Part shown: positions 38,264 to 48,400 of the stretch, piece by piece
How positions within the stretch are numbered: position 1 is the stretch's first letter
Layout: each line of letters starts with the position of its first letter
Source: Blastocatellia bacterium
Lineage (GTDB): Bacteria; Acidobacteriota; Blastocatellia; UBA7656
Assembly (NCBI GenBank): GCA_963765495.1
Contig: CAVXWP010000009.1
Coordinates: 288,001 to 352,000, forward strand
Direction: 5' to 3'
DNA: 64,000 nt
Translations under genes and position numbers: made by a program
The notes under the pieces: model-generated
The model's database searches: none
Told to the model about the DNA's origin: nothing
Seen by the model: the letters and a program-made list of their open reading frames with translations, nothing else

Positions 38264-38869
38264 TTAAACGTAGCCGAGAGATTCGAGGCGGCGGCGCACT
38301 TCCTCGTCGTCATCTTCGGAGTAGATTTCAGACTCGACATAAGGAATCAGCATCATCTCTTCGAGTTTGTTGATGATGCGAAGGGCGCTTTGTTCCGGCG
38401 TCTCCAGATTTGTTTCGACGATCACATCGGGCGAGAGAGGCTCTTCGTAAGGGTCGTCGATGCCTGTGAAATTCTTGATCTCGCCCGCGAGAGCTTTTTT
38501 ATAAAGGCCCTTTACATCGCGGTCGGCCAGCACGTCAATCGGGCATTTAACAAAGACCTCTACGAAATCGCCGATCATCTGACGCACCTCATCGCGCACG
38601 GCGCTGTAAGGCGAGATCGCCGCCGCTATGGCTACGACATCATTGCGTGTCAGCAGGTTGCAGACAAACCCTATGCGGCGGATGTTTGTGTCGCGGTCCT
38701 CTTTTGAAAAACCGAGCCCCTTTGAAAGATTGGTGCGAACTATATCGCCGTCAAGGACTTCGACCTTATGATCGCGCCTTTTCAACTCGGCTTCGATTCT
38801 GCGCGCAAGCGTAGTCTTGCCCGCCCCTGAAAGCCCTGTAAACCAGATAGTAAATCCTCTTTGTGCCAT
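38264..38869 (-). CDS. cysC: Adenylyl-sulfate (APS) kinase with extra acidic LGY tail
   Basis: [42 protein letters not shown]; GGAG RBS before ATG 38869. Confidence 0.95.
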   Translation of the reverse strand: MAQRGFTIWFTGLSGAGKTTLARRIEAELKRRDHKVEVLDGDIVRTNLSKGLGFSKEDRDTNIRRIGFVCNLLTRNDVVAIAAAISPYSAVRDEVRQMIGDFVEVFVKCPIDVLADRDVKGLYKKALAGEIKNFTGIDDPYEEPLSPDVIVETNLETPEQSALRIINKLEEMMLIPYVESEIYSEDDDEEVRRRLESLGYV

Positions 38870-39002
38870 ATAATCTCCGTAAAAAAATTCCGGGCCCCTA
38901 AATTCTATTAGCGAAGCCCCCTTTATGCAAAGCTGCTGAATATACACGAACCCGCGAGATTACGAAAGTCCACGGCAGGCAGCAACGGATTAAGAGATGA
39001 TT

Positions 39003-39066
39003 AGTTTTGAGTTTTGAGTTTTAGGTTTTGAGTTAATTCAAAACTTAAAACTCAAAACTCAAAACT
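39003..39066. repeat. Family F heptamer hairpin, inverted relative to the 38203 copy
   Basis: (gagtttt)n-gagttaattc-(ctcaaaa)n. Confidence 0.85.
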
Positions 39067-39075
39067 TAATTGCGC

Positions 39076-39105
39076 TTGACATGCCAGCGGCTCGAAGTTA
39101 ATAAT
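39076..39105 (+). promoter_or_regulatory. Candidate sigma70 promoter for the amino-acid permease
   Basis: TTGACA-N18-AATAAT, about 55 nt upstream of the ATG. Confidence 0.45.
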
Positions 39106-39158
39106 CGCGGCGCTTCCTTAAATTTACCCGTGCAAAACCTCTGAGGGGAAAAGATCGA

Positions 39159-41111
39159 ATGGAGACCAAACAGGCTGACAAGACGGGCGTGGACGTTATG
39201 ACTTTTCGCGGCTTGTTTCGCATCAAGACGCTCGATTCCATTCTTGCAGACGCCGAAGAGCCTGAGCATCAGTTGAAACGGGCTCTCGGCCCGTTGCAAT
39301 TGATACTGTTCGGCGTCGGCGCGGTCATCGGAGCAGGCATATTCGCCACAATAGGCACTGCCGCGGCGGGCGATTCGGCTCGTCCGGGCGCGGGTCCGGC
39401 GCTGATGATCTCTTTCGTAATCACGGCAATCGTCTGTGGATTTACCGCGCTCTGCTATGCCGAATTCGCCTCGATGGTTCCAATATCGGGTTCGGCTTAT
39501 ACCTACTCATACGCGACGCTTGGCGAAGTCGTGGCCTGGATAATCGGGTGGGATTTGATCATCGAATACGCCGTCGGAAACATCGCGGTCGCCATAAGCT
39601 GGGCAAACTATTTCAAGACCCTTATGAAGGGCATAAAGATTCAGGCCATCGGCCTAAACGGGATCAATATCCCCGACTGGATTTCGATGGATTATCGCAC
39701 GGCGGCCAAAGTGCCCGGCGTCTATGAAAACGCCCCGCATATTTTCGGCGTGCCGATAATCTTCAACTTTCTCGCCGTATTCATAGTCGCCGCCATAACG
39801 CTCGTCCTGATCTGGGGCATACGCGAAAGCGCCCGATTCAACGCCATAATGGTCGGGATAAAAATCATAGTGCTGACCTTTTTCGTCATAATCGGATTCA
39901 CTTATGTGCAGCCCGCAAACTACACGCCGTTTGCGCCAAACGGATGGGCGGGCATAAGCGCCGGGGCGGCTATAATCTTTTTCGCCTACATTGGCTTTGA
40001 CGCCGTTTCGACCGTCGCCGAAGAGACCAGAGACCCGCAGCGCAACATGCCTATAGGGATAATAGGCTCGCTCATCGTCTGCACGATCTTCTACATCGTC
40101 GTGGCCGCCGTCTTCACGGGGCTGATCTCTTACCCCGACCTTCAGGCAAAGCTTGCGACCGAGCAGGCCGAACCGCTCACGATGGCCCTCGATCACGCGG
40201 GACAGGTCTTTAACACCGATCTCGGATGGGCCGTCGGGCTTGTGGCCTTCGGATCGGTCGTAGCTCACACGGCCGTTCTGTTTGTATTTCAACTCGGGCA
40301 GCCGCGCATCTTCTTTTCGATGGCCCGCGACGGGTTGCTTCCAAAGACCTTCAGCAAGGTTCATCCCAAGTATCGAACCCCGCACGTCTCCACGATACTG
40401 ACCGGCGTATTCGTAGCCTCGTTTGCCGCCGTCGCAAGCATTGACGAAATGGTGGACCTCACCAATATCGGCACGCTCTTCGCCTTTATACTGGTCTGCG
40501 CCGGAATAATCGTCCTGCGCGTGAAAGACCCCGACCGGCCCCGCCCGTTCAGAGTTCCCGGCGGCCTGATCATTCCTGTGCTGGGCATAATCTCGTGCCT
40601 TTACCTGATCTACTTCCTGCCGCCTACATCGTGGCTCAGATTCGCCGCGTGGCTCAATTTCGGATTTGTGATCTATGTAGGCTACGGATCGGTGCACAGC
40701 CGTCTGACCGGCAGGCACCATACCGAGGCAATAGCGGAGCACAACGCGCATACGGCTTTCACGGGCGCGTGGCTCGGGGCCGTCGGCACCTTGCTGCTTT
40801 TCTTTATGCGAGGTTTCGATCTGTGGCTGCTTGCGCGGTCCGAACAGGAATCGAGCGGGCGAGCGTTTGGAGACTTATTCAATTCAGAGCCGTGGCTTGA
40901 GAAGTCATGGTTTTTGATAATCCCGCTTGCCTTGAACGCTCTTGTGCTTTGCCCCATCGTAATCCGGCGCTCGCTTACGGCAAAGCGGCAGAGCGATTCC
41001 GAAAAGGTGGCCGCGAGCGCAACAATAAGTCTGATCGTCGCAGTGATTCTCGCGGTCCTGAGCCTTGGCTATTTACTGATGGTATTTCTGCACAACCCCG
41101 GCGCAAGGTGA
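39159..41111 (+). CDS. APC-superfamily amino-acid permease with extra C-terminal TM segments
   Basis: GAVIGAGIF, CYAEFAS..P.SGSAY.Y, FFAYIGFD, MARDGLLP. Confidence 0.92.
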   Translation: METKQADKTGVDVMTFRGLFRIKTLDSILADAEEPEHQLKRALGPLQLILFGVGAVIGAGIFATIGTAAAGDSARPGAGPALMISFVITAIVCGFTALCYAEFASMVPISGSAYTYSYATLGEVVAWIIGWDLIIEYAVGNIAVAISWANYFKTLMKGIKIQAIGLNGINIPDWISMDYRTAAKVPGVYENAPHIFGVPIIFNFLAVFIVAAITLVLIWGIRESARFNAIMVGIKIIVLTFFVIIGFTYVQPANYTPFAPNGWAGISAGAAIIFFAYIGFDAVSTVAEETRDPQRNMPIGIIGSLIVCTIFYIVVAAVFTGLISYPDLQAKLATEQAEPLTMALDHAGQVFNTDLGWAVGLVAFGSVVAHTAVLFVFQLGQPRIFFSMARDGLLPKTFSKVHPKYRTPHVSTILTGVFVASFAAVASIDEMVDLTNIGTLFAFILVCAGIIVLRVKDPDRPRPFRVPGGLIIPVLGIISCLYLIYFLPPTSWLRFAAWLNFGFVIYVGYGSVHSRLTGRHHTEAIAEHNAHTAFTGAWLGAVGTLLLFFMRGFDLWLLARSEQESSGRAFGDLFNSEPWLEKSWFLIIPLALNALVLCPIVIRRSLTAKRQSDSEKVAASATISLIVAVILAVLSLGYLLMVFLHNPGAR

Positions 41112-41322
41112 TTTGATTTTCACCCGTCGAACTATTAGTATTCAGGTACCCGGTGAAGCGGGTTGAGCAGATGGGTCTTGCAAGCATCAAACATCAGTGA
41201 AAGATTGAATCTTTTGTCAACGCTGCCTATGAAAGACGCGCAACAGATCGGCTTGATCCATTTTGCCGGCAGAGTGTACTATAGCCTCCCTTCAGGTCTT
41301 ACTGAGAAAGGACACGAGCGAT

Positions 41323-42165
41323 ATGGCTGAGGTAAAGACTATTCTCTTTCCGACGGATTTCTCCGAGCATTCAAACAAGGCATTTCCTTACGCGACCTCG
41401 CTTGCGCAGGGGTACGGCGCAAAGATCGTCATGATGCACGTAGCCGAGCTTGAAGAAGAAGACCCGGCAAACCCCGCGCATACTTTTCCCGCGCTCGACT
41501 CTTATGACGGAGTGGTCGAGACGGAGCGCGTTATTATCCGAGGCCACGCGCCCTACAAAGATATTCTCGATGTATCGCGAAGCAGGAATTGCGACCTGAT
41601 AGTAATGGCTACGCACGGGCGTTCCTCGCTCTCACAATTCTTTCTCGGCGGAAGCATTGCCGAAGACGTGGCGCGGTTCTCGAAGATACCCGTGCTCATC
41701 GTCAAGATAGAGCACGATGAGCCTGCCGAAAGCTACACGGGGCGGTTGAAAGAGATACTCTTTACCACCGATTTTTCAGAAGCCGCAGACAGCGCGCTTC
41801 CCTTCGCCGTGTCGTTTGCTCAGAAATTCGGCTCAAAACTCTTTGCCCTGCATGTCATCGATGACGACAGCGTAGAGTTCTACAAAGCGGCGGGGATAAA
41901 CAAAGACGAGGGTTTCAAAGACAGGATCGAAGAATTCCTGAAGACTCGTCTGGCATCTCTGCCGGGCGGTGAAGCAATCGCTTCCGTAAACGTGGCGGAA
42001 GGGCGCGCCGAACGCGAGATCGTAAAATTCGCCGACGAAAATGAGATAGACATGATCGTTATGGCTACGCAGGGACACGGTATTCTCGAAGACGAGATAC
42101 TGGGCACAACCACGGATCGCGTGATCCGCCACGCGTCCTGCCCGGTCTTGACCGTGCGAAGCTGA
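41323..42165 (+). CDS. Universal stress protein, tandem USP domains
   Basis: ILFPTDFS / ILFTTDFS, DLIVMATHG, DMIVMATQG, CPVLTV. Confidence 0.92.
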   Translation: MAEVKTILFPTDFSEHSNKAFPYATSLAQGYGAKIVMMHVAELEEEDPANPAHTFPALDSYDGVVETERVIIRGHAPYKDILDVSRSRNCDLIVMATHGRSSLSQFFLGGSIAEDVARFSKIPVLIVKIEHDEPAESYTGRLKEILFTTDFSEAADSALPFAVSFAQKFGSKLFALHVIDDDSVEFYKAAGINKDEGFKDRIEEFLKTRLASLPGGEAIASVNVAEGRAEREIVKFADENEIDMIVMATQGHGILEDEILGTTTDRVIRHASCPVLTVRS

Positions 42166-42237
42166 ATAACTCGACTGGATAACTCGACTGGATAACTCGA
42201 CTGGATAACTCGACTGGATAACTCGACTGGATAACTC
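42166..42237. repeat. 13-bp tandem repeat ATAACTCGACTGG x5.5
   Basis: Five perfect units plus a partial unit, starting immediately after the USP stop. Confidence 0.95.
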
Positions 42238-42269
42238 TAGCCCGCAAATTCGAGAGGAGATATTGATTT

Positions 42270-43946
42270 ATGGCCATAGAGACCAATGCGCCGCCTGATT
42301 CACGAGAAAGCTGGGGATCACAACTCGGCCTCGTGCTGGCGATGGCAGGCAACGCCGTGGGGTTGGGTAACTTCCTGCGCTTCCCGGCCCTTGCCGCAAA
42401 AAACGGCGGCGGCACCTTCATGATTCCTTACTTCATATCGCTTTTGCTTCTCGGCATACCGCTGATGTGGATCGAATGGGGCATAGGCCGTTACGGCGGG
42501 AAATTCGGCTACTCGACCTCGCCCGGCATGTTCCAGAAACTCTGGAATCACCCTATGGCCAAATACCTGGGCGCGCTCGGCGTCTTCATCCCTCTGGCCT
42601 TCGTAATCTATTACACCTATATCGAATCCTGGACCCTGGGCTATGCGGTGCGGTCATTCACAAACCAGATTCCGAGCATCGAGGGGCAGACTCCTGCGCA
42701 GGCTTTCGATACCATGGGAAATTATCTGGCCAGCTATCAGGGAACAAACAACGCCTCGCACCTGTCGGGCACGTGGACAAGCTGGATATTTTTCGCCATC
42801 ACGCTTTTCTGCAACGTCTTTGTCATCTCGCGCGGCGTAGCAGCCGGGATCGAGAAGATGGCTAAGATTGCCATGCCGCTTTTGATACTGTTTGCCATCA
42901 TCGTAGGGATAAGAGTGCTGTCGCTTCCGGGCGCGATGGGCGGCGTCGCGTTTGTGTGGAACCCGGATTTTTCAAAGATCACAGACGGCGCGATATGGCT
43001 TGCGGCGGCGGGGCAGATATTCTTCACCCTCTCGCTTGGGACCGGATCGATTGAGACCTATGCCAGCTATCTGAAAGAGAACGACGACATAGTGCTTACG
43101 GGTCTGGCCACCTCTTCGATGAACGAGTTCTGCGAAGTGATCCTTGGCGGTTCGATAGCGATCCCGGCGGCGGCGGCCTTTTATGGAGCGGGCGCGGCGA
43201 CGGCCATCGCCAATTCGGGCACATTCAATCTGGGATTTCAGACCATGCCCGCGGTCTTTTCAGGCATACCGGGCGGGTTCCTCTTCGGCGGCATCTTCTT
43301 TACGCTCCTCTTTTTCGCGGGCATAACCTCTTCGCTCGCGCTCGCGCAGCCGGCTATGGCTTTCCTGCAGGACGAGATGAAGCTGACGCGCAAGAAGGCG
43401 GCGTTGTTTGTCGGAGCCGTTATGCTCGCCGGGGCTACACCGATCATACTCTGGCTGCAATACGGCTTCCTGGACGAGTTCGATTTCTGGGCGGGAGCGC
43501 TTCTGCTGCTGGTCTTTTCGCTCATAGAATCGATTCTCTTCTTCTGGGTATTCGGCGGGCGAAAGGCGTGGGAAGAGATCCGCAAGGGACAGCAGATAAA
43601 CCTGCCTTCGTTCTTCTACCCGATCATGAAATTCGTCGTGCCTATCCTGCTTGTGGTCATCCTCATCAAAGGCATAATCGACGACATGTTGCCGCGCATA
43701 ACATTCCAGAAGTGGGAAGACTTGCCGGGATGGAGCAAAGTCACGGCCTCGGCCGGAGAGCGCATCGCGTATGAATTCGGCATGGCGGGCCGACATCTGG
43801 TCGAAAATACCGATGAGATTGGAAACTTCTGGTTTCACTGGGGGGCGCGGATCGAGATGCTCGCGCTTTACGTTATGTTTATCGTAATGGTTGCCATCGC
43901 CTGGCGAAAATACAGGCGGGGCGAAACCGATAAAGTGGAGGCATGA
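42270..43946 (+). CDS. Sodium-dependent transporter, NSS/SNF (SLC6) family
   Basis: GNAVGLGNFLRFP, GGGTFMIPY, GQIFFTLSLG, FFAGITS. Confidence 0.93.
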   Translation: MAIETNAPPDSRESWGSQLGLVLAMAGNAVGLGNFLRFPALAAKNGGGTFMIPYFISLLLLGIPLMWIEWGIGRYGGKFGYSTSPGMFQKLWNHPMAKYLGALGVFIPLAFVIYYTYIESWTLGYAVRSFTNQIPSIEGQTPAQAFDTMGNYLASYQGTNNASHLSGTWTSWIFFAITLFCNVFVISRGVAAGIEKMAKIAMPLLILFAIIVGIRVLSLPGAMGGVAFVWNPDFSKITDGAIWLAAAGQIFFTLSLGTGSIETYASYLKENDDIVLTGLATSSMNEFCEVILGGSIAIPAAAAFYGAGAATAIANSGTFNLGFQTMPAVFSGIPGGFLFGGIFFTLLFFAGITSSLALAQPAMAFLQDEMKLTRKKAALFVGAVMLAGATPIILWLQYGFLDEFDFWAGALLLLVFSLIESILFFWVFGGRKAWEEIRKGQQINLPSFFYPIMKFVVPILLVVILIKGIIDDMLPRITFQKWEDLPGWSKVTASAGERIAYEFGMAGRHLVENTDEIGNFWFHWGARIEMLALYVMFIVMVAIAWRKYRRGETDKVEA

Positions 43947-44101
43947 TGACTTTTATTCCGGGTCTGTTACTGGCTCTTCAACAGCAAGCGGCCGAACAAC
44001 CGCCGATGACAGCGGGCGGATGGGTCTTCATGGCCTGCGCGTGGTTTTTCATCCTGACGCTGGTTATCTACACGTTTTCGAAGATACTACGCGGAAATTG
44101 A
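43943..44101 (+). CDS. 52-aa single-TM protein, MetS-like NSS small-subunit candidate (not in ORF track)
   Basis: ATGA overlap with the transporter stop, GGAGG RBS; MMTFIPGLLLALQQQAAEQPPMTAGGWVFMACAWFFILTLVIYTFSKILRGN. Confidence 0.65.
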   Translation: MMTFIPGLLLALQQQAAEQPPMTAGGWVFMACAWFFILTLVIYTFSKILRGN

Positions 44102-44104
44102 TAA

Positions 44105-44184
44105 TTGATGAGTGATTCGTGATTTGTGATTCGTGACCGGACATAGCAGTCTATCAAAACAACGGATCACGCATCACTCATCAA
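44105..44184. repeat. Family A hairpin with conserved core GACCGGA..AGCAGTCTATCAAAACAACGGA
   Basis: Core shared with the copies at 54783 and 57305. Confidence 0.85.
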
Positions 44185-44202
44185 GCTTCTCGCACCTTGA
44201 GC

Positions 44203-44796
44203 ATGTCGAGCGCAAATACAAGGACAGGCAGGCAAAAAACACGGCGCAATCTTCCAGCAGATGCCGACACTCTGCTCAATCTGCTCATAAAGGAGATCGA
44301 AGCGCCTGCCGACATGCAGACCCTCCTCGAACAAATGCCCGCAACGACCAACTGCCGTGAAGAGGCCAGCCAGCTTCTTAAGGCAAAAGACCGCTTCAAT
44401 CGCCGCGAGTCTTATCTCAAAAGCGAGCCCATGTGGTTCAATAAATACGGCTGGTTTATGGCCCGAATAGTCGGGTTGTTTGGCATACTGGTTTTCATCT
44501 ACGCAATGTTTACTCGCGGCGTGGGAGTCGATTTCACCATATCCATGATATTGGGCGCGGCCTGCTATTATCTGTTGCTTGTCACTCTATCAAACATCAA
44601 ATACCGCGACAAAAACAGAAAGCGACAAAAACTCGTCCAGCGAGAAGAACAACGATATCAAAGAGATATAGTCCCCATAGCCGCCGCGCTCATGAAGCGA
44701 TTCGATATTGACCCGCAAACCTATCCCCTGACCAATCCCACAAATAAGGCGGGGCTTGAAGAGAACGAAAAAGGCATCTTCATTCCTGTAGATTAA
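44203..44796 (+). CDS. Hypothetical protein with two TM segments
   Basis: Open frame with two hydrophobic helices; no recognised motif. Confidence 0.65.
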   Translation: MSSANTRTGRQKTRRNLPADADTLLNLLIKEIEAPADMQTLLEQMPATTNCREEASQLLKAKDRFNRRESYLKSEPMWFNKYGWFMARIVGLFGILVFIYAMFTRGVGVDFTISMILGAACYYLLLVTLSNIKYRDKNRKRQKLVQREEQRYQRDIVPIAAALMKRFDIDPQTYPLTNPTNKAGLEENEKGIFIPVD

Positions 44797-45246
44797 GTGC
44801 CTGTGCTATCTGGTGACTTGACCGTATAGGAAAGAAATCAAATGCGACACCTGGTTTCATCCTCTCTACCCGCCCTTTATTCTTACGGCCCGGTTTATCT
44901 CTCCCCTCGCGCTTTGTAATAATGCATGTTACGTCAAAGTGACGGCATATTGTGGCCGAGTTCGGGCAATGTTAACGATTCTATAAGTTTTATCTGTCGG
45001 GATTTTCTCCATTACGTCACTACAAGAGCAAGACTACCTTATGAACTTCCTGATATGTGTACCAACCACGACCCGATTTAACTCAACGAAATAGTTGAAT
45101 TATTACATTTTATCTAATATATAAATACCAATGGCTTTGATATATTCTATTAATTTTACATGTACAATAATATTAACAACTCACAAAGAGATCGTGACTG
45201 GATCAACAGGTATAAAAATTCGATCTTTTTGATTTCCGTTCTTAAC

Positions 45247-45262
45247 TGGTACGATCTTTGCT
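45247..45262 (+). promoter_or_regulatory. Sigma54 (-24/-12) promoter candidate
   Basis: TGGTACG-ATCT-TTGCT versus consensus TGGCACG-N4-TTGCW; AT-rich upstream region. Confidence 0.65.
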
Positions 45263-45333
45263 GATTGCAGATGCGTTAACCGTATGATGCCCTCGGCCCG
45301 AAATAGCTGATGTTTTCAAGCTAAATATTTTGA

Positions 45334-45432
45334 ATGAAGCTCCTCGCAGCAAGCTGCGAGGTATCGCGCAAGAGGGGAGGAAATGGAGCCGCAGCAAGCT
45401 GCGGGGAATTGCCTGACCCTCCTCAGATTAAA
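45334..45432. mobile_element. Twin-palindrome element (CGCAGC-AA-GCTGCG x2), possible IS200/IS605-type non-autonomous remnant
   Basis: cctcgcagcaagctgcgagg at 45342 and ccgcagcaagctgcgg at 45389; family assignment is inference. Confidence 0.45.
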
Positions 45433-45459
45433 TTCGTTGACCCTGTTTAGGAAACGCCT

Positions 45460-48400
45460 ATGCGGAATACTTTATCTACGATAGAGCAGGACATATTTGC
45501 AAAAAGCCGGTTGGATGATTTGCGATTTGTGATCGACTCCATCAGGTCGCCCATTCTGGTACTTGATTGTGGAGGCAGGGTAGCAGGTTTTAATCAAGCG
45601 GCTAAAGCGATTATTCACCTTTCGGACGAAGCTATTCAGGGGCAGCCCATCGAGAGACTCATACCGCAAAAGTTATGGGCAAATGTTGCAGAGCAGATAA
45701 GCAGGACCTGGTACGATCATGATGAAGTGTTTCTTGAGAGCGTAGACGAAACGGATGGTAAGGTATGGGAGTTTACGATCAGGGCTCTTCCCCATTCCGA
45801 GCAAGGTAGACATACACTTTTGATCGCCAACGATATAACACGGTTCAAACAGACGGGGCATACCACGCAAACTCAGAGCGAATATCTGACGGCCATAAAT
45901 GAGATTTCGCTCGGGTTGATGAACAGACTGGATACGCACGACATCCTGAGAATCATCATTGAGCGGGTCTGCGCGATTCTGAAGACAACCGATGCGTTCA
46001 TCTGTTTGATTGATTCCGACGGGCGCGAGATGATGCTGTCGGTCGGCGTGGGTAAGATGAGCGGCTATGTGGGAGTTTGCTTCAAACCCCACGAGGGTCT
46101 ACCTGGGCAGGTATGGCAAACCTGCGAGCCGGTTGTGGTAAATGGCTTTTGCCCCTGGCCTGCCCACACATCGACTGACCAGCATGATAAATTCCATTCC
46201 ATGGCAGGTGTTCCTCTCAAATCGGATGCGTATGTTATGGGCGTGCTTGGTCTTGCAAGTCAGGATATTGAGAGACAAATTGGAGCAGACGAGATCGAAG
46301 CGTTGACCAATTTTGCCATGTTGGCTTCTATCGCTCTGGATAATGCACAGATGTACAGGGCCATGCGACAGGAATTGACCGAAAGGAATCGAGCAGAGGA
46401 TGCACAGAGAGATTCGGAAGAAAACTACAGACTGTTGTTTGAGAGCAATCCACTCCCCCTCTGGGTATATGACAGACAAACCCTCTCGTTTTTAGCCGTG
46501 AACGATGCCGCGGTCCGTCACTATGGGTACTCTCGCGAGGAATTCCTGAGTATGACAACAAAGGAATTACAGTACCCGGGGAGCACCGGTGAGCTTCTGC
46601 TCAAGTTTTCTAAGGCGATCCCCGAACTGACCAACACCGGCTCCTGGAAACATCGAAAGAAGGATGGTGAGGTAATTGATGTTGAGATAGTGTCTCACGA
46701 GATACTGTTTGGCGGGCGGCAGGCCTCGCTTGCGCTTATGAATGATGTTACCGAGCGAAAGCACGCAGAAGAGACTCTACAGAAGAGAGAGGAGCATTTC
46801 AGATCGCTCATCGAAAACGCATCCGACCTTATTTTGATTCTGAACGGCCACGGGACGCTCAGTTACCTGAGTCCTTCCGCGGAACGCGAACTTGGTTACA
46901 GTCAGGTAGAACTCGTGGGCAGAAACGTATATGAGTTTGTACACCCGGAGGATTTCTCGAGCGCTTTTTCTGCAATAACACACACAATACAGACTCCGGG
47001 AGGCAGCCAGCCCATTGAGTTGCGCATTCGCCCCAAAAATGGCCCCTGGCGCACTTACGAAGCTATCAGCAAATGCATTACTAACGACTCGGGAGAGCAA
47101 AACATCATCGTAAATGCGCGTGATATCACCGAGCGTAAGGCGGCCGAACAGCAGTTACAGCACGATGCTCTACACGACCCGCTGACAAATCTGCCCAACA
47201 GACTTGTCTTCATGGACCGGCTCGGCCAGGCAATCAGACGCGCAAAGCGACGCAGTGGCTATCTGTTTGCGGTGCTTTTTGTAGACCTGGATCATTTCAA
47301 GCTGGTCAATGATAGTCTCGGCCATATCGCCGGCGACCATCTGCTGATAGCGATGGCTCGGAGACTCGTAAAAAGTCTGCGCCCCGGAGACACTATAGCT
47401 CGAATAGGCGGGGATGAATTTACCATACTCCTGGAAGATATTGAGGATGCAAGTGCCGCTGTAGAGATCACTCAAAGGATTCAAGATGAGATCTCCATCC
47501 CTTTTAACCTGGAAGAACAACCCGTCTATGTTAGCTCAAGCATCGGTATAGCCATTGGCCCGGAAGGTTATGATTGGCCGGAAGAGATACTCCGGGATGC
47601 TGATACAGCTCTCTATCAGGCGAAGGGGTTGGGCAAGTCCTGCCACGTCATATTTGACGCGAATATGCGCGCAGAGGCAATCAGACTCCTTCAGCTTCGC
47701 ACAGACCTGAGTCAGGCACTTGAGCGGGACGAGTTCAGGCTCTATTACCAGCCAATCGTTTCGCTTGAGACCAGCAGGATAGAAGGGTTTGAGGCGCTCG
47801 TTCGCTGGCAACACCCCAAGTACGGTCTTTCTGCTCCCGGACAATTCATTGCAGTCGCGGAAGAGACAAATCTGATCAATCCACTGGGGATGTGGGTGCT
47901 CGGCGAGGCTTGCCGTCAGGCAAGTCATTGGCAGGCTCTGCATCCAAAGGAACCGCCTCTGTTTGTGAGCGTCAATCTTTCAGTAAAACAGCTTGCGCAA
48001 ACAGGTATAGTCGATCAGATTGGACAGATTCTGGATGAGACAGGATTTGATCCTCAGAGCCTGAAGTTAGAGATCACTGAAAGCATATTTATGACCAACC
48101 CGGAATCTACAGTCTTAATACTTTTACAACTGAAGGAGTTAGGCGTGAAGTTAGTGATTGACGACTTCGGTACCGGATACTCATCGTTGAGCTATCTGCA
48201 CAAATTCCCATTCGATATGCTGAAAATAGACCGCGCATTCGTCAGCAGTATGAACACAAATAAGAAGAATGCTGAGATAGTGCGCACAATCGTGCTATTT
48301 GCCCATAGCCTCGGGATGACAGTAATCGCGGAAGGTATAGAGACGGTGGAACAATTATCAGAACTCAAGGCGCTCAGGTGTGAACAGGGACAAGGATACC

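Noticed and set aside
42166-42237. Possible CRISPR array
   Set aside because: Units are 13 bp and contiguous, with no spacers and no cas genes
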